64,000 nt of DNA. Origin: Bacteroidales bacterium (lineage in GTDB: Bacteria; Bacteroidota; Bacteroidia; Bacteroidales; ML635J-15). Below, in pieces: positions 18,791 to 28,254 of this stretch; positions within the stretch are counted from its first letter, which is position 1, and each line of letters opens with the position of its first letter. The notes beneath the pieces are model-generated. The model was given only the letters and a program-made list of their open reading frames with translations, was not told the origin of the DNA and searched no databases. The DNA lies in NCBI GenBank assembly GCA_028702535.1, contig JAQVOR010000001.1:11470-75469 (forward strand). Direction: 5' to 3'. The position numbers were made by a program, and so were the translations under genes.

Positions 18791-18817
18791 ATTTATTAAT
18801 AATTAAATTTTGTAATA

Positions 18818-20080
18818 ATGAGTTATTATTTTACATCAGAGTCAGTATCAGAGGGACACCCTGATAAAGTCTCAGATCAAATATCAGATGCAATTCTTGA
18901 TGAATTTATGGCTTTTGATATTGATTCAAGAGTAGCATGCGAAACACTTGTATCAACAGGATTGGTTGTTGTTGCAGGCGAAGTTAAATCTACGTCTTAT
19001 GTTGATGTGCAAGAAGTTGCACGCAAGGTAATTAATGATATTGGTTACACAAAAAGTGAATATCGTTTTGACGGAAACTCATGTGCCGTATTATCGGCAA
19101 TTCACGAACAATCGCCCGATATTAATAGAGGTGTAGTTGAAAATAAGGAATTGAATAAAGAACAAGGAGCTGGAGACCAAGGGATGATGTTTGGTTACGC
19201 TTGTAGAGATACAGACGATTTTATGCCTCTGCCTCTTGATCTTTCTCATCGAATTTTACAAGTGCTGGCCGATATTCGTAAAGAAGGGAAACAAATGAAG
19301 TATCTTCGCCCCGATTCAAAATCTCAGGTAACAATTGAATATAACGAAGATAATATTCCACAAAGAATTGATACTATCGTAGTTTCTACTCAGCACGATG
19401 ATTTTGATGAGGACGAACAAAAAGTGCTTGACAAGATTAAAGAAGATGTGCGAACAATATTGTTGCCAAGAGTTATTGCCGACTTACCCGAAAGAATAAA
19501 AGTTCTTTTCAAAGATGATTTTATTTTACATGTTAATCCTACGGGTAAATTTGTTATTGGTGGTCCTCACGGTGATACTGGTTTAACAGGACGTAAAATT
19601 ATAGTTGATACTTATGGTGGAAAAGGTGCTCATGGCGGTGGAGCTTTTAGTGGCAAAGATCCTTCTAAAGTTGACCGTTCTGCTGCCTATGCTGCTCGGC
19701 ATATTGCCAAAAATCTTGTTGCCGCCGGTGTAGCTGACGAAATTTTAATACAGCTTGCTTATGCAATCGGAGTCGCAGAACCTGTGGGAGTATTTGTGGA
19801 TACATATAGAACTGCAAAAGTAAATATGACAGACTCCGATATTGCAAAAAAAATCAAAACTATTTTTGATCTAAAACCAATAAGTATCGAAAAAAGATTG
19901 AAACTTCGTAATCCTATTTATCGCGAAACTGCATCTTATGGACACTTTGGTCGCACTCCTGTAGTTGTCGAAAAACATTTCGAATCGCCTTATTCGGGAT
20001 CAAAAAATATAAGTGTTGAATTATTTACTTGGGAAAAACTCGATTATGTCGATATTATAAAGAAAGAATTTAATTTATAA
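18818..20080 (+). CDS. metK: S-adenosylmethionine synthase
   Basis: 420-aa ORF with [25 protein letters not shown] and [19 protein letters not shown]. Confidence 0.95.
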   Translation: MSYYFTSESVSEGHPDKVSDQISDAILDEFMAFDIDSRVACETLVSTGLVVVAGEVKSTSYVDVQEVARKVINDIGYTKSEYRFDGNSCAVLSAIHEQSPDINRGVVENKELNKEQGAGDQGMMFGYACRDTDDFMPLPLDLSHRILQVLADIRKEGKQMKYLRPDSKSQVTIEYNEDNIPQRIDTIVVSTQHDDFDEDEQKVLDKIKEDVRTILLPRVIADLPERIKVLFKDDFILHVNPTGKFVIGGPHGDTGLTGRKIIVDTYGGKGAHGGGAFSGKDPSKVDRSAAYAARHIAKNLVAAGVADEILIQLAYAIGVAEPVGVFVDTYRTAKVNMTDSDIAKKIKTIFDLKPISIEKRLKLRNPIYRETASYGHFGRTPVVVEKHFESPYSGSKNISVELFTWEKLDYVDIIKKEFNL

Positions 20081-20102
20081 TCACATTTTTTTACATTATT
20101 AT

Positions 20103-20144
20103 AGCCCTCTGTTGAAAATTTTTATCTTCAGAGGGCTTTTTTTA
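20103..20144 (+). terminator. Intrinsic terminator after metK
   Basis: AGCCCTCTG (20103-11), a 17-nt loop, CAGAGGGCT (20129-37), then T7 (20138-44). Confidence 0.85.
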
Positions 20145-20178
20145 TGAAATCTTAAGTATTTTCGTAAAAAATTAAATA

Positions 20179-21333
20179 ATGGAAAAATATCAGAAGTACA
20201 TTGTTGGGGCTTTCGGACTAGGAATTTTAATACTGTTTGTAATTTATTTTACCCATATTATAGGCTGGATTTTAATTGCTCTTCTTTTTGCAACTCTGGG
20301 AAGTCCGATGGTAAAGTTTATTAGGAGAATGCGCATTAAAAAATTTGTTATCCCAAAATGGATTGCGGCACTTGTTACTCTTGCTACGATGTGGTTTATT
20401 ATTGTCTTAGCATTTAGATTACTTATACCGTTGGTAGTTGATCAAATTGGCGAATTTCAAGCAATTGATATAGAAACAATATCTGAAGGATTAGAAAAAC
20501 CAATTAAAAACTTGGATGATTTTATTCAGCAAACACCTATTATTAATCAGCCGAACTTTTCTACTGAAGATTTCGTTATCGAAAGAATTACATCAATAGT
20601 TAGTTTTACTTCTGTAGGTAATTTTATAAATGATCTTGGAGGTACAGCTTGGAATTTGTTTTTATCAATATTCTCAATTACATTTATTTGCTTTTTCTTT
20701 TTAAAGGATACACACTTGTTTGATAAAGGCGTGTTAATGATAATTCCAAAAAATTATGAGGAGAAAGCCCAAAACGTTTTAAACTCTATTAGAAATTTAA
20801 TTGCTCGTTATCTCCTTGGCGTTATTTTAGAAACATTATTTATGATGACATTATTTACCTTAGGATTGTATCTTATTGGTGTGCCATTCGACTTAGCTTT
20901 ATTAGTAGGTATGATTGGTGGAGTACTTAATGTTATTCCTTATGTAGGTCCATGGATTGGAGCGACAATTGGTATTATTTTAATTACTACTGCAAATATT
21001 CAGTTAGATTTTTATACTGAAATTATGCCTCTAATATTGAAAATAATTGGCGTAGTGGCAGTAGCTCAACTAACTGACAATATTGTTTTTCAACCACTAA
21101 TTTATTCTAAAAGTGTTAAAGCTCACCCACTCGAAATATTCTTTGTAATTATTATTGCGGGCAGTATTTATGGAGTATTAGGAATGATGTTGGCAATACC
21201 CGGTTATACAGTATTACGAGTTGTGCTTAAAGAATTTTTATCTCAGTATAAATTTGTTCAACAGCTTACACAAAACATGGATTCCAAAAAAAGTAAACCA
21301 AAAAAAACTAAAGATAAAGATGCAGATTTATAA
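20179..21333 (+). CDS. AI-2E family transporter (PerM/UPF0118)
   Basis: 384-aa polytopic membrane ORF with the family-typical C-terminal region (...VLNVIPYVGPWIG...). Confidence 0.75.
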   Translation: MEKYQKYIVGAFGLGILILFVIYFTHIIGWILIALLFATLGSPMVKFIRRMRIKKFVIPKWIAALVTLATMWFIIVLAFRLLIPLVVDQIGEFQAIDIETISEGLEKPIKNLDDFIQQTPIINQPNFSTEDFVIERITSIVSFTSVGNFINDLGGTAWNLFLSIFSITFICFFFLKDTHLFDKGVLMIIPKNYEEKAQNVLNSIRNLIARYLLGVILETLFMMTLFTLGLYLIGVPFDLALLVGMIGGVLNVIPYVGPWIGATIGIILITTANIQLDFYTEIMPLILKIIGVVAVAQLTDNIVFQPLIYSKSVKAHPLEIFFVIIIAGSIYGVLGMMLAIPGYTVLRVVLKEFLSQYKFVQQLTQNMDSKKSKPKKTKDKDADL

Positions 21334-22567
21334 ATTCGGTGGTGCTTCGTTAAAAAAAGCAGAAGCCTTAAAAACTATTATCGACATAATTTCTGATAAA
21401 AAAGATCTTGTAATAGTTGTTTCGGCAATTGATAAGACCACAAATAAACTCGAAAAGCTTGTAGATGCGTATCTAAATAATGAACCATTAAAACTTGAAA
21501 TTTTTGAAAAAATTAAATCATTTCATATAAATTTTGCCAAAAGTGCATTTGGTGTAAAATATAATGAATTCGAAATTGGCATTACGAATATATTTAATCA
21601 GTTAAAAGAGATTCTCGATTTACCCTCTAATACTTCGTATGACGAAGTGTATGACAGTATTGCGTGTTACGGAGAATTATTGAGTTCATATATTCTTTCA
21701 ACTTATTTGAATATTAATGGTGTAGAAAATTCACTTGTTGATATTAGAAATATAATTGTAACAGACTCCAATTTCCGTGATGCAAAAATACTTTGGGAGG
21801 AATCAAAAGCATTAATAAAAAATAAGTTTTTAGATAATAATAAAATTTATATTACTCAAGGTTTTATTGGTAGAGATAAATTTGGCAAAAACACAAGTTT
21901 GGGAAGGGAAGGTTCAGATTATACTGCATCTGGCTTGGCATATCTTCTTGATGCAGAGTGTGTTGTGATTTGGAAAGATGTTCCAGGTATTATGAATGCC
22001 GATCCTTCAATTTGTAACTTTGCCGAAAAATTGGATTATTTATCCTTTCGCGAAGCAATAGAACTTGCTTTTTATGGAGCAAAAGTCATTCATCCAAAAA
22101 CAATTAAACCTCTTGAGAATAAAAACATCCCTTTATATGTGAACTCTTTTGTTGATTACAAAAAGAAAGGTACTGAAGTAAAAAAAATAGATTACAAACT
22201 GGATTTAATCCCTATTTATATTTTTAAAGCTAATCAAATATTACTTTCTGTTTCGCCTAAGGACTTTTCTTTTGTAGTTGAGGAGAACATTAGTAAATTG
22301 TTTGCTTTATTTACGCAATACAAAATTAAAGTAAATATTACACAAAATTCAGCAATTAGTTTTTCGGCCGCAATAGATGGCAATAATAGGAATTTTGATA
22401 AACTGATAGAAGATTTAAGTAAGGAGTATTTTGTAAAATATAATACAGATTTACAATTAGTAACTATCAGGTATTATACCGATGATTCTATTGTTAAAAT
22501 GACGTCAGGTAAAAGGATTTTGTTAGAACAACGTAGTCGGACAACTGCAAGGTTTGTGCTTCAGTGA
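21320..22567 (+). CDS. lysC: Aspartate kinase
   Basis: The internal ATG at 21320 gives MQIYKFGGASL..., the canonical aspartokinase start. The C-terminal part is ACT-like. The gene overlaps the upstream transporter gene by 14 nt. Confidence 0.85.
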   Translation: MQIYKFGGASLKKAEALKTIIDIISDKKDLVIVVSAIDKTTNKLEKLVDAYLNNEPLKLEIFEKIKSFHINFAKSAFGVKYNEFEIGITNIFNQLKEILDLPSNTSYDEVYDSIACYGELLSSYILSTYLNINGVENSLVDIRNIIVTDSNFRDAKILWEESKALIKNKFLDNNKIYITQGFIGRDKFGKNTSLGREGSDYTASGLAYLLDAECVVIWKDVPGIMNADPSICNFAEKLDYLSFREAIELAFYGAKVIHPKTIKPLENKNIPLYVNSFVDYKKKGTEVKKIDYKLDLIPIYIFKANQILLSVSPKDFSFVVEENISKLFALFTQYKIKVNITQNSAISFSAAIDGNNRNFDKLIEDLSKEYFVKYNTDLQLVTIRYYTDDSIVKMTSGKRILLEQRSRTTARFVLQ

Positions 22568-23227
22568 TTAGTTGTCTGATTTACAACCAAATGCTAAGTC
22601 GCCAGCATCACCTAAACCAGGAACTATGTATGATTTTACTGTTAGCTCATCATCAATTGCTCCAACCCATAAGGTAATTTTACTTTCAGGCAATACTCTT
22701 TCAATATAATCAATACCCTCTTTACTTGCAATAATTGCGGCGATATGAACATGTTTGGGATTACCATAATTTAGCAAAGCTTTATATGCTAACTCTATGC
22801 TTCCACCGCTGGCAAGCATTGGGTCATTTATAATTACTATTTTGTCATCAATTGGCGGCGAAGTTATATAGTCGATTTGTATTTCAAAACCACCGTCCTT
22901 ATCATATTTACGGTATCCAGCAATAAAAGCACTATCAGCATGGTCAAAATAATTGACAAAACCTTGGTGGAATGGCAATCCTGCTCTTAAAACGGTAGCC
23001 AATACCGGCTGTTCTGCCATGGTGGGGACACTTGCTATTCCCAAACTTGTTGTAATATCTTCATCTGTAAATGGGAGGACTTTACTTATTTCATAAGCCA
23101 TAATTTCTCCAGTTCTAGCAAGATTATTACGAAACCTTGCACGATCTAACTGAATTTCGGAATCCCGAATTTCGGAAATAAATTGATCTATTAGTGTTCC
23201 TTTACCGCCAAGATTGTAGATTTTCAT
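22568..23227 (-). CDS. upp: Uracil phosphoribosyltransferase
   Basis: The ATG at 23227 gives MKIYNLGGKGTLIDQF... The ORF carries the PRPP-binding loop (IINDPMLASGGS) and the C-terminal IVPGLGDAGD. Confidence 0.85.
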   Translation of the reverse strand: MKIYNLGGKGTLIDQFISEIRDSEIQLDRARFRNNLARTGEIMAYEISKVLPFTDEDITTSLGIASVPTMAEQPVLATVLRAGLPFHQGFVNYFDHADSAFIAGYRKYDKDGGFEIQIDYITSPPIDDKIVIINDPMLASGGSIELAYKALLNYGNPKHVHIAAIIASKEGIDYIERVLPESKITLWVGAIDDELTVKSYIVPGLGDAGDLAFGCKSDN

Positions 23228-23477
23228 CTTTTTACAAATTTTGTGTATAATCATTGAAAGATATACACTATTAATTAATTAGACTAATTACACGCCAACA
23301 TTCACATACTTATTTAAAGTGTAATATTACAAAATTAAAATTATATTTACTAAATATTTATGTTTTTGTTAACATTACTGTTCAATAAAACTTTTAAGAT
23401 TTATCGGACAATAGTGTTCTTTAAATCAGTTTTTACCATAATTTATGGTATTATTTCAGCGATACGCCCAACAATTT

Positions 23478-26462
23478 TTATTCAATTTCAATTTCATCAA
23501 TAAATAACCAAGAATCAAAACCTGGACTAAGATGCCACGCAGGAAGTACGCCATAATTTTCTGCTATAATTTTTATGTATCGAGCTTTTAGATTTTCGGG
23601 TTTAAAAATAAACTCTTGAATTAGAACAGCCTCATCTTTATCAGACATTGTTGACGGAGCTTCATAGATATTGGAATAGTTTTTTCCATCTTGAGAAGCA
23701 AAGTATCTTATTTTTTTAGGAAAAAATATCCACGATTTAGTGTCCTGTAAAAAACGAGCATTTATCCGATTTATGTCTTTTACCTCTAACAAATCAACAA
23801 CTGCCTCAAAATTTTGTCCTTTGTAACCTTGCCACAAGCCACTACGAAACCAATTTGATCCTTTTACGTAATCAATCAGAGCGTTATCGCCTCCTGCAGA
23901 GTATTGTTGGCTATATTTACTTTTTATGTCGATGGTTCTGCGATCGGGTATTAATGTGTATTTAGCAACTACTGTTTTACTCCTTTTTTTACCTAGAGAT
24001 TCTGAGTACGCTTGTAAGTCCGTACTTTTTTTAATTAAAATTGCACCCTCATATTTTATGGGATTGTTGTTAATGTCATTATTTAGAGAGTAGAATATTT
24101 TAGCGTCCTTGTCGTAACGGTCAAGGCTTACAAAAATCGAATCTTGAAAAGACTTATGTTGATAGTTTGTGTATGGAACTGGACTTATTAAGTTTTCAGT
24201 TATGCGAGATACGTATATATCTTCTTGATTTACTCCCCGTGTTTTGTTTGGTTTATCTCCCATAAAAAACTCAAGTTTTCCGCCTTGCATAATTTGTTTA
24301 TGCGTGATATAAGTTTTATTATATGCTCGACCATTTAGTTGTACTGATTGAACATAGATATTATTTTTACTGTTTTCGTGTGCAATTATAGTAAAGTGTC
24401 GGTGGTTTTCTAATTGCAATACGGCAGTATCAAAAACAGGACTGCCGAGGTCATAAATTCCGTTTGCTGGATTTACAGGATAAAAACCTAAAGCACTTAA
24501 AACATACCAAGCTGACATTTGTCCACAATCTTCGTTACCACAAAGACCATCGGGCATTTCGCTGTATTGTTCGCTCATAATCTTGCGTACAACTTCTTGA
24601 GTTTTCCAGGGTTGGGCACAATAATTATATAAATAAGCCATGTGATGGCTGGGTTCGTTTCCATGTGCATATTGTCCAATTAATCCTGTTATGTCCACCT
24701 GATGAGTTCCCGAAGTTTGGGTGCTTGCCGAAAACATCTCATCAAGTTTATCAGCAAACTTCTCATTACCACCGTGCATTTCGATAAATGTTAAGATGTC
24801 TTGTGGAACGTAAAAGCTATATTGCCACGAATTTGCTTCGGTAAAATTATAGTTAACTTCGGCAGGGTCGAAAGGAAATTGCCATGCTGCATTAATTTTT
24901 GCTTGCATAAATCCATTATTAGGATTAAACACATTTTTGTAATACTGCGACCTTTCGATAAATTCGTTATAAGTATCAGTATTACCTATTGCTTTTGCAA
25001 ACTGTGCAATACACCAGTCGTCATACGCATACTCCAAGGCTTTGGATACAGATTCGTGTTCCATATCAAGAGGGATATATCCATATTTGGCAAATTCTGG
25101 TTTTCCGAGCCTGTCTTCCTTTGCGGCTGCAATCATTGCCTCAAGAGCATATTTAGCGTCAAAATTTCGAATACCTTTAAAATACGCATCAACTATTACA
25201 GGAACAGAATGATATCCAATCATACACATGGTCTCGTTGGCGGCAAGCTCCCAAACTGGCAATTGACCGCCATATTTATATTGGTCAAGAAATGTTTTAA
25301 TAAAATCCTTAGTTCTTTCTTGTTGAGTAATTGTAAACAATGGGTGTGCTCCTCTATATGTGTCCCAAAGCGAGAAAACAGTATAAGTATCGTGCTCCTT
25401 CGTTTTATATGTTTTATTATCAGTTCCTCGAAATGAACCATCAATATCCGAAAAAATATTTGGTGCTATAAAACTGTGGTATAGTGCTGTATAAAAGACT
25501 GTTTGTTCTTCAGGTGTTGCTCCGTAAACTAAAATTTTACTTAATTCCTTATCCCATTCATTGCTTGCTTTTTTTATTGTTTCTTCAAAATCCCAGTCAG
25601 GAATTTCGGATATTAGGTTTTTAATCGCTCCCTCTGCACTAACTGCCGACAAACCTACTTTTACAAATAGATTTTTAGAGTCGGTCGGGTTTATTTTAAA
25701 AATAAGTTTTGAATAATTATTTTTTCCGATATTTTCAAGATCAATTTTATTTTTGCTTCTACTTGTGTCAGATTGTTCAAATATTTTGTAATCAGCAATG
25801 CTTACAGCTTGGTTAAAATCTATTACAAAATACTGATATTGGTTTTCTGCCCATGACTGCGAACGTCTTAATCCTACAAAACGAGTATTACTAATTTGTT
25901 CTACATAACATTCTAAAAGCTTATCTCGATGTTCTAAATCTAATAATATATATTGCTCATCGGCTTTTGGAAATCTATATTTATGAAAACCTACTCTACG
26001 GCTGCAGGTAAGTTCAACATCAATATTATAATCTTTTAAATAAACCGAATAATATCCTGGTTTTGCAATTACCGAAGTTTTTTCATATTTGGATGTAAAA
26101 TCATCTGAAAACAAATCGGGATTTGACTTTACAAAAGGCATAATTAAAATATCCGCATAGTCGGCTACACCTGTACCACTCAGATGTGTGTGTGAAAAAC
26201 CATAAATTATAGAGTCGCTGTAATGAAAACCAGAACAGCCATCCCAACCATCAAGGCGAGTATCTGGACTTAGTTGCACCATTCCAAAAGGTAAAGTTGC
26301 CCCAGGAAAAGTATGTCCGTGAAAATCGGTGCCGATATGTGGGTCCACAAGCTGCGAACGGTTTTCAATTTTAAATTTTTTTGATTTATGAAAAAATAAG
26401 CCATAAACTAATATTGCTACAAATATTACGGCTAAGCTAACAGGAAAAATCAATCTACGCAT
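23478..26462 (-). CDS. Glycoside hydrolase family 92 (alpha-mannosidase) with C-terminal F5/8 type C (discoidin) domain
   Basis: 994-aa ORF with a signal/anchor and GH92 hallmarks (...GFSHTHLSGTG..., ...GNEPSHH..., ...CGNEDCGQMSAWYV...). About 150 aa of extra C-terminal domain follow. Confidence 0.85.
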   Translation of the reverse strand: MRRLIFPVSLAVIFVAILVYGLFFHKSKKFKIENRSQLVDPHIGTDFHGHTFPGATLPFGMVQLSPDTRLDGWDGCSGFHYSDSIIYGFSHTHLSGTGVADYADILIMPFVKSNPDLFSDDFTSKYEKTSVIAKPGYYSVYLKDYNIDVELTCSRRVGFHKYRFPKADEQYILLDLEHRDKLLECYVEQISNTRFVGLRRSQSWAENQYQYFVIDFNQAVSIADYKIFEQSDTSRSKNKIDLENIGKNNYSKLIFKINPTDSKNLFVKVGLSAVSAEGAIKNLISEIPDWDFEETIKKASNEWDKELSKILVYGATPEEQTVFYTALYHSFIAPNIFSDIDGSFRGTDNKTYKTKEHDTYTVFSLWDTYRGAHPLFTITQQERTKDFIKTFLDQYKYGGQLPVWELAANETMCMIGYHSVPVIVDAYFKGIRNFDAKYALEAMIAAAKEDRLGKPEFAKYGYIPLDMEHESVSKALEYAYDDWCIAQFAKAIGNTDTYNEFIERSQYYKNVFNPNNGFMQAKINAAWQFPFDPAEVNYNFTEANSWQYSFYVPQDILTFIEMHGGNEKFADKLDEMFSASTQTSGTHQVDITGLIGQYAHGNEPSHHMAYLYNYCAQPWKTQEVVRKIMSEQYSEMPDGLCGNEDCGQMSAWYVLSALGFYPVNPANGIYDLGSPVFDTAVLQLENHRHFTIIAHENSKNNIYVQSVQLNGRAYNKTYITHKQIMQGGKLEFFMGDKPNKTRGVNQEDIYVSRITENLISPVPYTNYQHKSFQDSIFVSLDRYDKDAKIFYSLNNDINNNPIKYEGAILIKKSTDLQAYSESLGKKRSKTVVAKYTLIPDRRTIDIKSKYSQQYSAGGDNALIDYVKGSNWFRSGLWQGYKGQNFEAVVDLLEVKDINRINARFLQDTKSWIFFPKKIRYFASQDGKNYSNIYEAPSTMSDKDEAVLIQEFIFKPENLKARYIKIIAENYGVLPAWHLSPGFDSWLFIDEIEIE

Positions 26463-26487
26463 ATTTTTTTGTTGTAAAGATAAAGTT

Positions 26488-27303
26488 TTAAACGAGAATA
26501 TTTAAAAACCGATTACATTCTTCGGTATTTGGTGCTTTTCCGTGCCAGTGATAGTTGTTTTCTATCTCAGCAAGGCCTTTGCCCATTTTTGTATTTGCAA
26601 TTATTACATTTGGAATGTTAGGATTAAGATTTGAAAAACAAGATTCTATAGACTCGAAATCGTTGCCATTACATTCAATAGCATTCCAACCAAAAGCTTC
26701 CCATTTTGGTTTCAAAGGGTCAATATTCATTACATCTGCGGTTTTCCCATCAATCTGAACATTGTTTTTATCTATAATTGCAATTATATTTTTAAGTTTG
26801 TGATGTGCTGCACTCATTGCTGCCTCCCAAACTTGTCCTTCTTGCAGTTCTCCGTCACCACAAATACAAACAATTTTACGAGAGATGTTATCACATTTAT
26901 CAGCCAAAGCCATACCAATGGCAATACTTAAACCTTGTCCTAATGAGCCCGATGCAGTTTCTATCCCTGGCACTCCACTTGTTAAAGACGGATGTCCTTG
27001 CAACATGCTTCCAGTTTTACGAAGATTTTTTAACTCTTGTTTGTCAAAATATCCTGCATGAGCCAAACTTGCATAAAGTACTGGAGCAACATGCCCAATT
27101 GATAATACAAGTTTATCGCGCATTGCACAGTTTGGGTTTGATGGATTGTGAACAAGAAATCTAAAATATAAGAATATAAAAATATCTGCAAGTCCAAGTG
27201 AGCCTCCAAGGTGTCCCGAGCCTGCCGCAGAAATTGATTTTATAATATCTATACGAATATTTTTCGATGTCGCTTGTAAATATTTAAGGTCTGTAATTTC
27301 CAT
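26488..27303 (-). CDS. Transketolase, N-terminal (TPP-binding) subunit of a split enzyme
   Basis: The ATG at 27303 gives MEITDLKYLQ...SGHLGGSLG...GHVAP...GSLGQG...GDGELQEG. The ORF ends after the PP domain. The longer ORF in the track would overlap the SPOR gene. Confidence 0.8.
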   Translation of the reverse strand: MEITDLKYLQATSKNIRIDIIKSISAAGSGHLGGSLGLADIFIFLYFRFLVHNPSNPNCAMRDKLVLSIGHVAPVLYASLAHAGYFDKQELKNLRKTGSMLQGHPSLTSGVPGIETASGSLGQGLSIAIGMALADKCDNISRKIVCICGDGELQEGQVWEAAMSAAHHKLKNIIAIIDKNNVQIDGKTADVMNIDPLKPKWEAFGWNAIECNGNDFESIESCFSNLNPNIPNVIIANTKMGKGLAEIENNYHWHGKAPNTEECNRFLNILV

Positions 27304-27310
27304 TATAAAA

Positions 27311-27751
27311 CTAATATTTTGGACACTCAATAATCGTTTTAATAATATATGCTTCAGGATAATTATCCTCAAGTTCGTGTAAAAGTGTAATTGCATGAAA
27401 ACGTTTTGTAAAATTACCTACAACAACCTCAAAATTAGGTTCGGTATATGTTACATACGCTTTATGTTTACTGTTTTGAAATTTTAGCCTTATTGCGTTT
27501 GCCTCACTACGAGCGTTTTGATTGTTTTGAGCGTATATTTTTACTCTATAACCATAAAAGCCTCGCCGTTTTTTGTTAAGTCCCACATAAGTTTCCATAA
27601 AATTCTCTATTTTAACATCTTGGGTAATCGAAACCTTTCCACTATAAGCATTAGAATTAAAGTATCCTATTTCGACAGGTTCAATGTTTTGACCTAACAT
27701 TGTTATCCCTGCTAATATCAGTGAGAATAATATAAAGAGTGTTTTTTTCAT
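27311..27751 (-). CDS. SPOR-domain lipoprotein/secreted protein
   Basis: 146-aa ORF with a signal peptide and a SPOR-like core (GYRVKIYAQNNQNARSEANAIRLKF...EVVVGNFTKRFHAITLL). Confidence 0.6.
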   Translation of the reverse strand: MKKTLFILFSLILAGITMLGQNIEPVEIGYFNSNAYSGKVSITQDVKIENFMETYVGLNKKRRGFYGYRVKIYAQNNQNARSEANAIRLKFQNSKHKAYVTYTEPNFEVVVGNFTKRFHAITLLHELEDNYPEAYIIKTIIECPKY

Positions 27752-27782
27752 AACTCATATTTTTTGTAAAAATACAAAATAT

Positions 27783-28241
27783 TTAAAACTTGTCAATGTT
27801 TTGTTTGTGATTTACTTTTATTCTTTTGGGAATGCCAAACTTTGCTACAGTAATTGTTCCATTAACTTCGAGCTCGGGTTTACGCCTGTTTAGTTCTCCA
27901 ACAAGATACAAAACATTTGTTAAAGCTTCTTTTGGGCTTATCTCGAACGAAACTGGATATGTTTCTTTTGAGTTTGCTGGAATTTTCAATTTGTCAATTT
28001 TTGTAATTTTTCCGACATTTCTACCGTTTACTAATAAGTCAAGATTAGCATTTTTAATTTTGAAAGAAAAATTATTTGGGTTTTCAATGGGGATGAAAAT
28101 CTTTAACTTTACGGCTTTCATGCTTAACTCCTCGGCTTCGATACCACTTGGATTACTTATAACAACATTTTGTACCGAACAAGAAACAAAGCCCAAAGAC
28201 AGAACTAAAATAATTATTGCAAGATGTTTTTTCATTTTCAA
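27783..28241 (-). CDS. LEA_2 (LEA14/NDR1-HIN1-like) lipoprotein
   Basis: 152-aa ORF with a lipobox (LGFVSC). A beta-sandwich LEA_2-like pattern follows (...IENPNNFSFKIKNANLDLLVNGRNVG...). Confidence 0.6.
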   Translation of the reverse strand: MKMKKHLAIIILVLSLGFVSCSVQNVVISNPSGIEAEELSMKAVKLKIFIPIENPNNFSFKIKNANLDLLVNGRNVGKITKIDKLKIPANSKETYPVSFEISPKEALTNVLYLVGELNRRKPELEVNGTITVAKFGIPKRIKVNHKQNIDKF

Positions 28242-28254
28242 ATATTTGTAAGAG

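Noticed and set aside
23255-23477. Palindrome TACCATA-ATT-TATGGTA (23437-23453) after the GH92 stop
   Set aside because: It is a short AT-rich stem, and no U-tract follows in the transcribed (minus) orientation. That is not convincing as a terminator.
24801-25436. 211-aa ORF antisense to the GH92 gene
   Set aside because: It lies entirely inside a strongly supported GH92 coding region. The Cys/Phe/Ile-rich translation resembles no family. It is most simply a chance open frame opposite a long gene.
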